Origin: a virus
Taxonomy: Duplodnaviria; Caudoviricetes
Reading direction: 5' to 3' (one strand)
Length of the DNA stretch: 35,198 bases
Virus record (IMG/VR): IMGVR_UViG_3300017909_001110
Span: 1-35,198 of that record
The position numbers and the translations under genes are program-made. The notes beneath the pieces are model-generated. The model was given only the letters and a program-made list of their open reading frames with translations. It did not search any database and was not told the DNA's origin. Below are positions 34,546 through 35,198 of the stretch, one piece after another; within the stretch, counting starts at the first letter, position 1, and each line of letters starts with the position of its first letter.

Positions 34546-35198
34546 ATGGCAAATAGCTTTGTACGTTACACAGGTGACGGAAACACTGCAACTTACTCAA
34601 TACCTTTTAGTTATAGAGTTGCTGGTGATTTAACCGTTACTCTCAATGCTGTCGCTACAACAGCTTTTACATTTAATGCTGCAGGAACAACTATTACATT
34701 CAATAGTCCTCCAGCTAACTCTACCGCTATTGAGATAAGAAGGACTACAAGTCAGACTACAAGACTTACAGACTATGCCTCTGGTTCAGTTCTTACAGAA
34801 AGTGACCTAGACACAGATAGTACACAGTCATTCTTTATGTCTCAGGAAGCAATCGATGATGCTGCAGATAAGATTAAGATTGACCCTGCAGACTTCCAAT
34901 GGGATGCAACAAACAAACGTATCAAAAATGTTGCAACTCCTACTGCTGACACAGATGCAGTAAACAAATCATTCATTTCTACAAATATTCCCAACATTAC
35001 AACTGTCGCAGGAATATCTGGTGACGTAACAACTGTCGCTGGTATTTCAGCAAATGTCACTACAGTAGCTGGTAACAATGCCAACGTAACGACAGTAGCA
35101 AGTAACATTGCTAACGTTAATACAGTTGCTACAAATATTGCAGACGTTACAACTGTGGCTAATGACCTTAACGAAGCAATCTCAGAAATAGAAACTGC
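34546..35198 (+). CDS. Tail fibre protein (T7 gp17-like N-terminus), 3'-truncated
   Basis: TAAGGAG RBS; MANSFVRYTGDGNTATYSIPFSY...IRRTT...GSVLTESDLD; then 10-aa VTTVA repeats; open to window end. Confidence 0.92.
   Translation, partial: MANSFVRYTGDGNTATYSIPFSYRVAGDLTVTLNAVATTAFTFNAAGTTITFNSPPANSTAIEIRRTTSQTTRLTDYASGSVLTESDLDTDSTQSFFMSQEAIDDAADKIKIDPADFQWDATNKRIKNVATPTADTDAVNKSFISTNIPNITTVAGISGDVTTVAGISANVTTVAGNNANVTTVASNIANVNTVATNIADVTTVANDLNEAISEIET
34990..35165 (+). repeat. 30-bp / 10-aa tandem repeat in tail fibre shaft
   Basis: ITTVAGISGD VTTVAGISAN VTTVAGNNAN VTTVASNIAN VNTVATNIAD VTTVA. Confidence 0.8.

Noticed and set aside
357-35108. Minus-strand and nested alternative-frame ORFs in the track (e.g. 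357-764, 10691-11053, 13092-13505, 20511-20780, 34842-35108)
   Set aside because: Shadows of well-supported + strand genes; no recognisable motifs.

Overview
Most of the genome of a T7-like podophage (Autographiviridae-type, organised like marine HTVC019P-type phages), read across its end-to-start junction, with essentially all real genes on the + strand. Order: holin, small lysis-region ORFs, terminase small/large subunits, GH24 lysozyme | ~680 bp terminal non-coding region | early region (small ORFs interleaved with ~1.4 kb of hairpin-dense non-coding DNA), RHH-like and MarR-like regulators, tyrosine integrase, intact attP (3' half of tRNA-Thr(UGU)) | RNA polymerase, SSB, endonuclease I, amidase, primase-helicase, DNA polymerase A, exonuclease, class II (B12) ribonucleotide reductase | portal, scaffold, capsid, tail tubes, internal virion proteins, start of tail fibre. 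The most unusual signals are non-coding. (i) A second site with the same arm geometry as the attP core but a different 7-bp overlap lies in the terminal region, a candidate integrase-mediated circularisation site. (ii) Two hairpin cassettes in the early region each open with a homologous stem and together carry six copies of TTTACTAGAC. (iii) A ~390-nt multibranch RNA fold precedes the regulator/integrase operon. All functional interpretations are inferences from manual reading; no searches were run.
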